Positions 47,360-56,533 of a stretch of DNA of 64,000 bases are shown piece after piece (positions within the stretch are counted from its first letter, which is position 1; each line of letters starts with the position of its first letter). The notes beneath the pieces are model-generated. The model did not search any database. It saw only the letters and a list, made by a program, of their open reading frames with translations, and was not told the origin of the DNA. The position numbers and the translations under genes were made by a program. The DNA is from a virus, in IMG/VR virus record IMGVR_UViG_3300025121_000776, positions 32,001-96,000 of that record. One strand, 5' to 3'.

Positions 47360-49378
47360 ATGCAAGTTTTAAACTTAGAGGAAATTAAAAGCGAATATTC
47401 TTTTTTATTTGAAGATAGTGAAGAAAACAAAGAAATTTATTTCTGCAATTGTGGCGAAATAACAGAAAGAAATAAAAAAATTGAAAAACATGTAAATTAT
47501 CTTTTTCCAGAAACACAAACGACTGTTTCAGAAACGCCTATAACAAATTTAATGTCGACAAAAGATGAGGATGATGATTATTTTGATTTATACAAAAGCA
47601 TTCAATTATCTCAAGATGATGATGGTTTTAAGTGCAGTGGATGTGATAAAAACTTTGCAACACTGGAAAATCAAAATAGATTAATTGTTAATAATTCTTT
47701 TTTTGTTTCTGGATATAATATTTTAGATAATGAAAGCGAATTATTTTTGTATTATGGCAAATTAAGGGCAAATATAATAAAAAACACAGACGGGAAATAT
47801 GTTCTTGCTTTTGATGAAAAAATAAAATACATAAAATACGATAAATTAACAAAAAAAACATTCTTTCAAGATTTTGACTCAAACGAAATAGAATTTGATT
47901 TAGATGGAATTATAAAAATTACAGACAATATCTTTTCTGAAGAAATAAAAAATATTTATAATTTATATCATATTCAAGTTTATATTGGAAAATTAGCCAA
48001 ATATGTTATTGACATTAACAACACAAATATTATAGAAGAGCTTTTAAGTGAAACAAAAAATAGATTTAATTATGCGGGTCTTGATGTAATTAAAAAAGCT
48101 ATATCTATTTTCTTCGGAATTATAAAATACTCCAACCTATCGACAATCGCTTTAACAAAGGGGTGTAAGTTTCTATATGACTTAATGAAAGAGTGTGACA
48201 TTCCTAGTGTAAAAAAACTCACAGAAAGCGGTCTAACATCCCCAATACCAATATTTAATCATTTAGTAAGTAATTATATTAAAAAAGTCAACGAAGAGGT
48301 TAATGAAGACAACAAGGAGATTCATGAGTTTCTATTTAAATCAAGTCAAATGATTAAAATGGACATTGATGAGTCTGATAAAAAACAAGAAGCCAAAAAT
48401 TTTGAAATAATAGACGGTGAGGAGAAAGAAATGAAAATTGTTTACAAAGAGAATAAAGATTATAAAACAAAAGTTACACATAATGCTGATGTAAACAAAT
48501 TCCACGTAATGGAAATATCAAATGATGCCAACGCTTCAAAGTTTATATATAAAAACATTAAAAACTTCTCAGACTATAAACAATTGCTAAAATATTTTAA
48601 ATTCTATGATAAACACCAAATAATTACATTGTTACAAAAATATGAAATAGATTTATTAACAAGAGTTATAGACTTAGTTTACTTTAGAGATTCAGTTGAT
48701 ATCAAAGAATTTGAGAGAATTATAACAATAATCAAAGATTTTATAACTCAAGAAACCTTAGCAATAAAACCAACTCTCAATATGGAAAACTTTAAACCAG
48801 ATTATTCTTTTGTAAGCAAGTTTGAGTTTATATATTACGATGATAGTATAATGATGATGGAAGTTCTTGGGTTTGACCCCAGAAGAGAGTTCAATAAAAT
48901 AAAAACGCACAAAGAGTTAATGGATTATCATAATAATTTAGTTAAATATTTTAATGTCGTATCAGATAAAGAAAAAAATGCTAAATTTAAAAGTTTCGTG
49001 GCAAGATTTAAGTTTTTAGAAGATAGAGGAGATTATGTTGGACCGCTTGAACTTAAATTAATAGAAACTCCAGCAATGCTTATAGCAGAAGGGGTTCAAA
49101 TGAAACATAGTGCTGGTTCATATTCCAAAAAAGTAATAACAGAATCTTATATTATAGGACAAATATTTGATAGAACGCCAGGACTTCCAGCAGAAGATTT
49201 GAATAGATTCACAATTGGATTTACGTTTGACAGTGTGAATGGATTAGAATTTCATCAAGTAAAGGGAATTATGAATAAACCAGGAACCGATAGGTTTAAA
49301 AAATTATTAATGGAATATCTTACAGAGAAAGATATTTCTTTCAGACCAATAATGGATTTAAAACTACGAAACGAATAA
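47360..49378 (+). CDS. PcfJ-like domain protein with N-terminal Zn ribbon
   Basis: CNCG/CSGC N-terminus; C-terminal LMDYHNNL...LIAEGVQMKHSAGSY...QVKG..N pattern of PcfJ-like proteins. Confidence 0.6.
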   Translation: MQVLNLEEIKSEYSFLFEDSEENKEIYFCNCGEITERNKKIEKHVNYLFPETQTTVSETPITNLMSTKDEDDDYFDLYKSIQLSQDDDGFKCSGCDKNFATLENQNRLIVNNSFFVSGYNILDNESELFLYYGKLRANIIKNTDGKYVLAFDEKIKYIKYDKLTKKTFFQDFDSNEIEFDLDGIIKITDNIFSEEIKNIYNLYHIQVYIGKLAKYVIDINNTNIIEELLSETKNRFNYAGLDVIKKAISIFFGIIKYSNLSTIALTKGCKFLYDLMKECDIPSVKKLTESGLTSPIPIFNHLVSNYIKKVNEEVNEDNKEIHEFLFKSSQMIKMDIDESDKKQEAKNFEIIDGEEKEMKIVYKENKDYKTKVTHNADVNKFHVMEISNDANASKFIYKNIKNFSDYKQLLKYFKFYDKHQIITLLQKYEIDLLTRVIDLVYFRDSVDIKEFERIITIIKDFITQETLAIKPTLNMENFKPDYSFVSKFEFIYYDDSIMMMEVLGFDPRREFNKIKTHKELMDYHNNLVKYFNVVSDKEKNAKFKSFVARFKFLEDRGDYVGPLELKLIETPAMLIAEGVQMKHSAGSYSKKVITESYIIGQIFDRTPGLPAEDLNRFTIGFTFDSVNGLEFHQVKGIMNKPGTDRFKKLLMEYLTEKDISFRPIMDLKLRNE

Positions 49379-49471
49379 TAATATTTTAAATAGTTGCAAA
49401 CAAATTCAATTTTATAAAATTTCATGATTGATTGTTTTTTAAAAATTTATATATTTATTAAAAACACTTCT

Positions 49472-49944
49472 ATGAAAAATAGCATAAAAAATTTCTTATT
49501 AGAATCCGTAAGTGAAAAAGATGACAATTTCATCCATATCAAAGGTGATACTATTGCAAAAGTACTTGATGTGGATTTTGATAACAAAGATGATTATGTA
49601 AAAATAGACTTTTTAACCACTTAAAATATTCTTTTGTAGCTAAGTTCACAGATTTCAAAAAATGGTTAACTATCAATATTAAAAAAGGAGAAAATTCTTC
49701 TTTATTTAAAAAGTATCTTTCTGATTATTTCGATAGTGCAAAAGAGGTTGACATAAAACAAATAAATGAAATAATTGATGATACAAATGAAATTATGCCA
49801 GACCAGGATATTTCCTCTAATGCAACAGGAAGAATGGTTGGGGCGGGACATACAATGGATTTGGAAAAAATATTTAAAAGGTCAATGACTCCATCAGTAA
49901 GAAATTATTCTGGAAACTTAGGCTTGGGAACTGTAGTTTGGTAA
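49472..49944 (+). pseudogene. frameshifted hypothetical gene (break near 49620)
   Basis: First frame ends IDFLTT* at 49624; the -1 frame continues KYSFVAKFTDFKKWL...GLGTVVW* to 49944 and ends just before the next gene. Confidence 0.6.
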
Positions 49945-49963
49945 TATACAAAAATTAGATAAA

Positions 49964-50419
49964 ATGAAAAAAGATAAAAGAATGATTGAAATTATGACTT
50001 CTCTTGAAGAGTCTCATGAAGTTTACAAAGACAATTCAAAAGAGCCAGATGCTGAAAAAATCTTAGCAGAAAATAAAAGATTAAGAACTCTTATTTCTAG
50101 AAGCACAAATTCCGACTTCAAAAGTGAGAATTACTATATAGCTGGTAAGTTTGGTACTGGCGGTAGAGGAAAAACAGTTAATTCTTTTTTAGATGATTAT
50201 AAAGAAAATCCAGCTGTAAAAACCCCTAAAGTAGCACCATCAAATCTTAAACCAGATGAAGCACTAGAAATTTGTATTAAAAGAGTTTTGAAATCTGGAA
50301 CTCCAATTAATAACATTTCATTTTATGATGAAGTAAATTGGAATTTAATGAACTTAGGATTTCCTGCAGTTAATGAAATTGATATAAAAACTACAATTCT
50401 TTCAATGATTGGAGAATAA
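49964..50419 (+). CDS. hypothetical protein
   Basis: 151-aa ORF in the operon. Confidence 0.55.
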   Translation: MKKDKRMIEIMTSLEESHEVYKDNSKEPDAEKILAENKRLRTLISRSTNSDFKSENYYIAGKFGTGGRGKTVNSFLDDYKENPAVKTPKVAPSNLKPDEALEICIKRVLKSGTPINNISFYDEVNWNLMNLGFPAVNEIDIKTTILSMIGE

Positions 50420-50421
50420 TT

Positions 50422-50991
50422 ATGAAAAATGTTCTCAGAAAAATAATCAGAGAGCAAATTGATTTATTATTCGAATCTTATGAAATGAATAATGACAATA
50501 AAAGCTATGTTCCACCACAAAAAGTAGCTGAAACAGCACAAGCGGCATTGAGTGCCATAGGCAAAGCACAACAAAATGGAATTCAACCAACGAGTATAGA
50601 TGCCAACCAAAATCAAGGAAGTGGGAGAATGAAGGCAAAAAAACTTGCTCAAAAAGTCCCACAAAGCTTCACTGAAATGAAAAGACTTAAAGCTTTTTTT
50701 GAGGCTAATACTGCAAAAGTAACAGAAGAAAGAAAAAAATTAGGCATTATTCAACAAAGAATAGGTACAGTAGACGAAATGGGCAAATCTAATCTTTTAT
50801 TGGTTTGGAATTTACATGGAGGAGATGCTTGTAAAAAATGGGTAACAGAGAAATTATCAAACTCGCATGATGATGAGTTAAAAACAAAAGAAAGATTTAG
50901 ATTTGCTGGCGGACACGATAAAAACGACAATAAAGGGTTTGGGGCTTTGGGATTCTTGCACGACCCCTCACAACAAAGAATTCGTAGATAA
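50422..50991 (+). CDS. candidate head-morphogenesis-associated protein
   Basis: LRKIIREQI start; VPPQKVAE.A...G..KAKKLA...MKRLKAFF...WNLHGGDA.KKW domain. Confidence 0.45.
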   Translation: MKNVLRKIIREQIDLLFESYEMNNDNKSYVPPQKVAETAQAALSAIGKAQQNGIQPTSIDANQNQGSGRMKAKKLAQKVPQSFTEMKRLKAFFEANTAKVTEERKKLGIIQQRIGTVDEMGKSNLLLVWNLHGGDACKKWVTEKLSNSHDDELKTKERFRFAGGHDKNDNKGFGALGFLHDPSQQRIRR

Positions 50992-51053
50992 TTTTGTTTT
51001 CTATATTTTTTTACGTACATTTGTGATTATTAATTTAAATAAAATATAATCAC

Positions 51054-51629
51054 ATGAAACAATTGAATTATTTATCGCTTAAAGATGTTGTTACACCAGA
51101 AATTTTGGTTGAAACTTTAGAAAAAACTGTTGTTTTCGCTGGCGGTGGACAGCACATGGATGCAGATGATGAGTTACTTGCTTTATCAAAATTCATTCAA
51201 GAAAACACTGACCATAATTCAGACATCAACCCAGCAAGAATTAAATATCTTTACACAACACTTGTAAAGAAAGATGGGGGAAAATATGTTTTAGGGGGAC
51301 TAAAACCACGTGCAGAAGAAGAAAGAATGATTAATGATGATTATGATTACATCCTTTTTATTCACTATAAATCATGGAAAGAATTGGATATTGAGAATAA
51401 AATCATTTTGCTTGATAAAATTCTTTGCGGTGTTGAAATTGATGTTAACGACAAGGTTAAAAAACAACCTGTGGACATTAAAGAATACGATAGTAATCTT
51501 AAGTGTTTTGGAGTAGAAAAGGCATTAAATAGCTCTGAAATTATCTCTATGGCTATTGATAGAATTGTTACCCAAGAAAAAGAAGAAAGAAAAGAAAAAA
51601 AGAGAAAAGAAAAAGACGGTAACGAATAG
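51054..51629 (+). CDS. phage metallopeptidase-like protein with degenerate Zn motif
   Basis: ARIKYLY...GKYVLG...DYILFI...W.EL....KIILLDKILCG; HELxH is replaced by KILCG. Confidence 0.55.
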   Translation: MKQLNYLSLKDVVTPEILVETLEKTVVFAGGGQHMDADDELLALSKFIQENTDHNSDINPARIKYLYTTLVKKDGGKYVLGGLKPRAEEERMINDDYDYILFIHYKSWKELDIENKIILLDKILCGVEIDVNDKVKKQPVDIKEYDSNLKCFGVEKALNSSEIISMAIDRIVTQEKEERKEKKRKEKDGNE

Positions 51630-51637
51630 TAATATTA

Positions 51638-51903
51638 TGGAAAATACAAGAAAAAAAATGATATTGGCAGTTTTATCTCAATGCGTAGCAGAAAGAGATA
51701 AGTCCACCTTTGCCATTAATGGCCTTTTAGACAAAGGGTTTTCTCATGATGACGATAATATTTCAGCTCTTAAAAAAGAATTTGAAAAGATTTCTCAATC
51801 AGAACTTAGTATAGAATCCATTCAAATATTTTATGCCAAAAATTTTACCACAGAACCAATAGTTGAACCAAAAAAAGAAGAATCAAATGATAATAATCCT
51901 TAA
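51638..51903 (+). CDS. hypothetical protein
   Basis: Probable start ATG 51638 (MENTRKKMIL...). Confidence 0.5.
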
Positions 51904-52120
51904 AATCATATTAACACTATTTATTGCTTTTGGTTGGTTTATAGGAAAAACCTTATACCAAGACCTTAAGCAAACAGAAAAAACCCCAGAGTACGAAGAA
52001 AGCACTGTGGCAGACAAAATTAAAATAAAGTCAATGCTTTATTTCTCTCTCATTACAATCATTGCATTTTGCTTGCTTCTTTTATATTTTGTGGTTTCAC
52101 CAATGCAAATAACATGGTAA
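51887..52120 (+). CDS. small two-TM membrane protein (holin-like topology)
   Basis: IIILKIILTLFIAFGWFIG and MLYFSLITIIAFCLLLLYFVV hydrophobic helices. Confidence 0.5.
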   Translation: MIIILKIILTLFIAFGWFIGKTLYQDLKQTEKTPEYEESTVADKIKIKSMLYFSLITIIAFCLLLLYFVVSPMQITW

Positions 52121-52121
52121 T

Positions 52122-52712
52122 ATGGAAGCAACGGAATTATTAAAATTAATAAGAGAATTTATTGATTCTCACGCAGAAATAGGGGAAACATCTCATATAA
52201 TGTATGACCCAGATAAACTTGAAAAAGAAGTTTCTTTTGCAATTCTTGAAAAAAATGAAGAGGGAAACTCTTTTAAAAGATTCTCTGTAACAATTAAAGA
52301 TTGCTTGACAGAAGTGTGGGTGCCCATAGCTGGAATAGAATCTCGCTATGCAAACAAAATAGTTAACAACAAATTCTATGGAACCGTTACAATTGATGGA
52401 TTAAATGAAAATAAAATATTATCTACGGAAGACTTTGTGAGTGGAGAACCTGGGTATATTTACGCACCATTCATTTGCAAAGAACACACAGAAGAATCTT
52501 TAAAAGATTACCATGAGTTCATGACCAAATACAAAAAAGAGCATGCAATATGCCCTAAATGCGGTGCTACAGAACATTCAACCACATTAATGGGATATGT
52601 TCTATATTCTGATAAACGAGATGAATATAAAGATTTGAATACTTGTGTTTGTTCTGAATGTGGTGATATACACACAACTCACAAAAGAGTTCCAAACCCA
52701 TTCAAAAAATAA
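52122..52712 (+). CDS. hypothetical protein with C-terminal Zn finger
   Basis: CPKCG...CVCSECG; internal EVWVPIAGIESRY. Confidence 0.55.
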   Translation: MEATELLKLIREFIDSHAEIGETSHIMYDPDKLEKEVSFAILEKNEEGNSFKRFSVTIKDCLTEVWVPIAGIESRYANKIVNNKFYGTVTIDGLNENKILSTEDFVSGEPGYIYAPFICKEHTEESLKDYHEFMTKYKKEHAICPKCGATEHSTTLMGYVLYSDKRDEYKDLNTCVCSECGDIHTTHKRVPNPFKK

Positions 52713-52722
52713 TTCTCTATTT

Positions 52723-53025
52723 ATGAAGTTGTTTAAAAACATATGGAAGCATTCAAGGCTAAGGTTTTACATTTTAAACGCCAGATGGAATTATAGATTT
52801 TGGCTGTTTGCAAAGAAAATGTATAAAAACATTTCTTATCAAGTAGAAGATGGTGAATACGACATGAATTATGATTATACAATAAAAAGAAAAAAGAAAA
52901 CTGTTTATAAAAAAAGATTTATCGGATATTTTTTTGAAAACAATATTTATTTAGATAATCCAGGCTTTAAAATTGATGATAGAGAAACGTGGGAAGCATG
53001 GAAAAAGAACGGTTTAGTTAAATAA
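52723..53025 (+). CDS. hypothetical aromatic/basic protein
   Basis: Probable start ATG 52723 (MKLFKNIWKH...). Confidence 0.45.
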   Translation: MKLFKNIWKHSRLRFYILNARWNYRFWLFAKKMYKNISYQVEDGEYDMNYDYTIKRKKKTVYKKRFIGYFFENNIYLDNPGFKIDDRETWEAWKKNGLVK

Positions 53026-53050
53026 AAGCTGTAGAGATACAGCTTTTTTT
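53024..53050 (+). terminator. intrinsic terminator
   Basis: AAAAGCTGTA-GAGA-TACAGCTTTT followed by a T-run. Confidence 0.8.
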
Positions 53051-53108
53051 ATTTTAAATAAGTGCAAATTGCTTTTTTTTTAATATTTATAAAAAAATCT
53101 ATTTAAAA

Positions 53109-54812
53109 ATGGAAAACGAAGAAATTTATCCAAAAGGCACAAAGCAAGAAACAGATGATTTTGCACTCCGTCAAAAAATTAAAAAAATTGTTGGGGACGA
53201 AACTGAAGCTATTTTAAAGGAAGAAACCTTTAAAGCTTTTAAAAAATTGGGCTATGAAGAAAAAGAAGGTTATATGTTTATGGCTGCTGCTGGAGAAGAT
53301 GGAAAAGAAAAAGAAGTTGGCAAAGGAGTTCAAGAAGGAAAATTAAATGTTACTATATCTAAACCCAAAATGCTTAATATGGGAGCTGTAAGACCAGTTT
53401 CTTATATGCAAAAAGTAACTACATTTGGGGGGAAAAGAATTATTAGTGAACTTTATTTAGAAATTATTGACGATACTGTAAATATATCTTATAAAAACAC
53501 AGAGGCCTCTGGTTTTCACCAATCATCAAATAAAGATACATATGCTCCAAGAAAATTAGATAAAAATGCAACTATTCCAGGAGTTACAGATACTAAATCT
53601 TTTAAAAGTAAATTAAAAGAATTTTTTACTGAAATAGCAGAAGCTGAAGCAGAATATTTAACTGGAACTAAAATAGGAAACAGTGATAAAAATCCAAAAG
53701 ATATGAATGATTCAATTGTAAAAGAAAATAAATATAATATGAAATTAACAGACCTTTTTTCTAGCTCTTTTGAAGATGCTGGAAATAAAATAGATAATCT
53801 TGTAAAAGAATCTCTTAAAATAACTGAAGAGAAAAAAAAAGAATGTAGTACTGGTACGCCAAAAACTCCATCTGGAAAACCAACTGACAAAAAACTTGTT
53901 ATTGGTGACGAAGAAGAAAAAATAGAAGAAAATACTTTAGATGAAATTTCAGCAGCGCCTGCAGCTCCAGCTGGAGCAGGAATTGATGGTGCAACAGAGA
54001 CAAAACCAAATTCGGTTGGAGGCGCATATGCGACCCCATATGGTTTTTCAAAAGATGGAAAAACTCCAAATTTAAAAGCGAACAAAGATTTTGAACAAGT
54101 GAATGAGGCTATAAAAAATACAACTTACGGAATTATGAGAACAACTAGACCTCACTTGACTAGACAAGATAATGGTTCATATGCATTAATAACTGAAACT
54201 CAAAAACCAAAAACTCCTTATCAAGACGTAGTTAAAATGGGAGAAAATGGATTGTGGCCACCTGCAGGAATGGAAAAAAATCACACTGTTGGAGATATGC
54301 TTGGAGCTGATGTTAACAGCAAAGAAGAATTGAAAAAAACTGGGCACGGAGGTCTAAGTGAATTAGAAAAAGTTGAAGAAACATACAAGAAAAAGCTTGA
54401 GTTAACAAAAAGAAAATTCTCTTCTTTAGCAGAAAACGAAGAAAAAGGAATTAACAAAAGATATATTATAACAGAAAAACTTACCAAAGAAGAACAATCA
54501 AAAAGGTGGAAACAACTTTTTGAAAATGATTGTTTTTGTGATGTAAAAGACCAAAAAGATACTATATCTGGTCATGATTATGATAAAATAGTAAGTAAAG
54601 AATTTGCAGCAAACAACCCATCTTTAGAGTCAAATTTATGTAACACCCCATTTTCTGGAAAAGAACAGGGTTTTATAGATATTCCAAAATCAACAGGAAG
54701 CATGATTCTTTTTAGATTATCGGAATCTGATATAAGACAAAATAAAACATATATTATTGACCACTTCACAAAAAAACTTGTCCTAAATCCTTTATTTAAA
54801 TCAAAAGAATAA
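53109..54812 (+). CDS. candidate head-internal protein with multiple L/I-x-E sites
   Basis: 567 aa; ILKEE, IVKE, LVKES, TLDEISAAPAAPAGAG...GGAYATPYGF; late motif at 53083-53091. Confidence 0.45.
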   Translation: MENEEIYPKGTKQETDDFALRQKIKKIVGDETEAILKEETFKAFKKLGYEEKEGYMFMAAAGEDGKEKEVGKGVQEGKLNVTISKPKMLNMGAVRPVSYMQKVTTFGGKRIISELYLEIIDDTVNISYKNTEASGFHQSSNKDTYAPRKLDKNATIPGVTDTKSFKSKLKEFFTEIAEAEAEYLTGTKIGNSDKNPKDMNDSIVKENKYNMKLTDLFSSSFEDAGNKIDNLVKESLKITEEKKKECSTGTPKTPSGKPTDKKLVIGDEEEKIEENTLDEISAAPAAPAGAGIDGATETKPNSVGGAYATPYGFSKDGKTPNLKANKDFEQVNEAIKNTTYGIMRTTRPHLTRQDNGSYALITETQKPKTPYQDVVKMGENGLWPPAGMEKNHTVGDMLGADVNSKEELKKTGHGGLSELEKVEETYKKKLELTKRKFSSLAENEEKGINKRYIITEKLTKEEQSKRWKQLFENDCFCDVKDQKDTISGHDYDKIVSKEFAANNPSLESNLCNTPFSGKEQGFIDIPKSTGSMILFRLSESDIRQNKTYIIDHFTKKLVLNPLFKSKE

Positions 54813-54834
54813 TAAAAAAATATATTTAAATTAT

Positions 54835-54862
54835 AAAAATCCATCAACTCGATGGATTTTTT
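54835..54862 (+). terminator. intrinsic terminator
   Basis: AAAAATCCATC-AACTC-GATGGATTTTT. Confidence 0.75.
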
Positions 54863-54907
54863 ATTGATTTTATTTTTTATTATTATTATATTTAAATTAA
54901 AAAATAT

Positions 54908-55459
54908 ATGAATTCAAACAAAGACATTAAAGTTACTTTTTTAAGTACCATTAAACATGGTGGTTCAGAGAAGATTAGAGTTTTCTTCAAGGATATTTTT
55001 AACAATGATGTACAAATTGATTTGAGGCCTGGAGAAACAGTTTATTCTCAAACAAATCACCTTTCTAATTCACTAAAGATATATTCAAAAAAAGGCATTA
55101 TAGGAATTGAAGAAGTTACAAAGCCAGAATATTTACAATATTATACTGGATACAAAGAAGAAGAATTGGATAATAAACATTTTTTGCACAGCCTACAAAG
55201 GTCTTTAAAAGATAAAGAAAATCCAAAGCCAGTGATTAATGATATTAACGATATTGTAAACTCTGTTAGTAAAACACTTAAAGTAGCCCCTAAAGTAAAT
55301 TTAGTTGAAGATGTTACAACAATTGTTGATAAGGCCATAAAAGAGGTAAAAGAATATTCAGAAGTTAAAAAGAAAAGACCAAGGAGAAAAAAAGGTCCAG
55401 GAAGACCGAAAAAAAGAGGTCCAAAAAAAGGGTCTAAAAGAAAAAAAGCGGAGAAATAG
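54908..55459 (+). CDS. hypothetical protein with basic AT-hook-like tail
   Basis: C-terminus KKKRPRRKKGPGRPKKRGPKKGSKRKK. Confidence 0.55.
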   Translation: MNSNKDIKVTFLSTIKHGGSEKIRVFFKDIFNNDVQIDLRPGETVYSQTNHLSNSLKIYSKKGIIGIEEVTKPEYLQYYTGYKEEELDNKHFLHSLQRSLKDKENPKPVINDINDIVNSVSKTLKVAPKVNLVEDVTTIVDKAIKEVKEYSEVKKKRPRRKKGPGRPKKRGPKKGSKRKKAEK

Positions 55460-55462
55460 TAT

Positions 55463-55723
55463 ATGGTTACTAGAAACTTTCAAATTAAAAAGAGAGATTT
55501 TGATAGAAAACCCATTACTATATTTCAGCACAAATTGAGAGCTTTAATGAAATGTTATACAATAAGAGACATTTTGCTTGATGAAATAAATTATACCATC
55601 ACTTTCAAAAAAAGCCACAAAATAAACGGCATAAAAATGAAAGACCCCAAAGAGTATGTCGTAAGATATGAAGTTTTGGAAGCAGAAAATGAAAAAGAAA
55701 TCATACTTAAATTAATAATATAA
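55463..55723 (+). CDS. hypothetical protein
   Basis: 86-aa ORF coupled to the next gene. Confidence 0.5.
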   Translation: MVTRNFQIKKRDFDRKPITIFQHKLRALMKCYTIRDILLDEINYTITFKKSHKINGIKMKDPKEYVVRYEVLEAENEKEIILKLII

Positions 55724-56499
55724 TGAGTTCCCTTGATTTAACAAAAAGAGAACTATACATTAAATCAATCTTTCTTCCCGAAAATAAAAGCCAAAAAAAA
55801 GATTACTTACCAGAGAAAGAAGTTGATGAAATTGTTAAAGCTATATCTGGTATAGGAGAAAGATATGGTTTTGTTGGAGATAAAGAAAGCGAAGATATAG
55901 AAAAATCATCAAAAAGAAAGCATAAATATGATGTGTGGATTGCAAAAGAAATTAAAAAAAATGCCAACCTTTTAGATGAATTCAATAAGATTAGATTTGT
56001 TTTAGATTGGACTATAGAAACAAAAGCCAATATCTTTTCTTATTCGTTTGATGATGCTTTTATCGCACAAAGTCAATGGCACAAAGAAATGTTTGAAAAA
56101 TATGACATTGAGGATTTAAAAATTAAAGAAGTTGACAATGAAAGAGTTTTGTTCAGATGCTCAAATAAAAATTTTTTTATATATTTACTGGAGCCAAAAG
56201 ATTTGCCCTATGAGGGGAAAATGATGGGTATGTGTGTGGGAGGAGACTCATATAAAAGCAGTGTGAAAAATGGAAGGTCAATTATTATTTCTTTAAGAGA
56301 TGAAAAAAACGAGCCTCACGTTACGACAGAAATCAATGTAAAGAGTGGAAATATTGTGCAACAATATGGAAAGGGAAATACCCCCCCGTTGCCAGAATAC
56401 AAAAAAATGATGTTAGAATTTGTTCTTTTTGCAACTAATTACAATAAATTAGAAAATGCTGAAACGTTAAGATTATTAAATTTAAATCAAACTCTATAA
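55723..56499 (+). CDS. PcfJ-like domain protein
   Basis: AFIAQSQWHKEM, DLPYEGKMMGMCVG, ISLRDEKNEPHVTTEI, QQYGKGN. Confidence 0.7.
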   Translation: MSSLDLTKRELYIKSIFLPENKSQKKDYLPEKEVDEIVKAISGIGERYGFVGDKESEDIEKSSKRKHKYDVWIAKEIKKNANLLDEFNKIRFVLDWTIETKANIFSYSFDDAFIAQSQWHKEMFEKYDIEDLKIKEVDNERVLFRCSNKNFFIYLLEPKDLPYEGKMMGMCVGGDSYKSSVKNGRSIIISLRDEKNEPHVTTEINVKSGNIVQQYGKGNTPPLPEYKKMMLEFVLFATNYNKLENAETLRLLNLNQTL

Positions 56500-56533
56500 T
56501 TTATTAGATATTTATAATTAAAAAACAACTATT

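Noticed and set aside
49594-49624. Programmed -1 ribosomal frameshift
   Set aside because: No perfect X XXY YYZ heptamer in frame and no evident downstream stimulatory structure; an indel is more parsimonious
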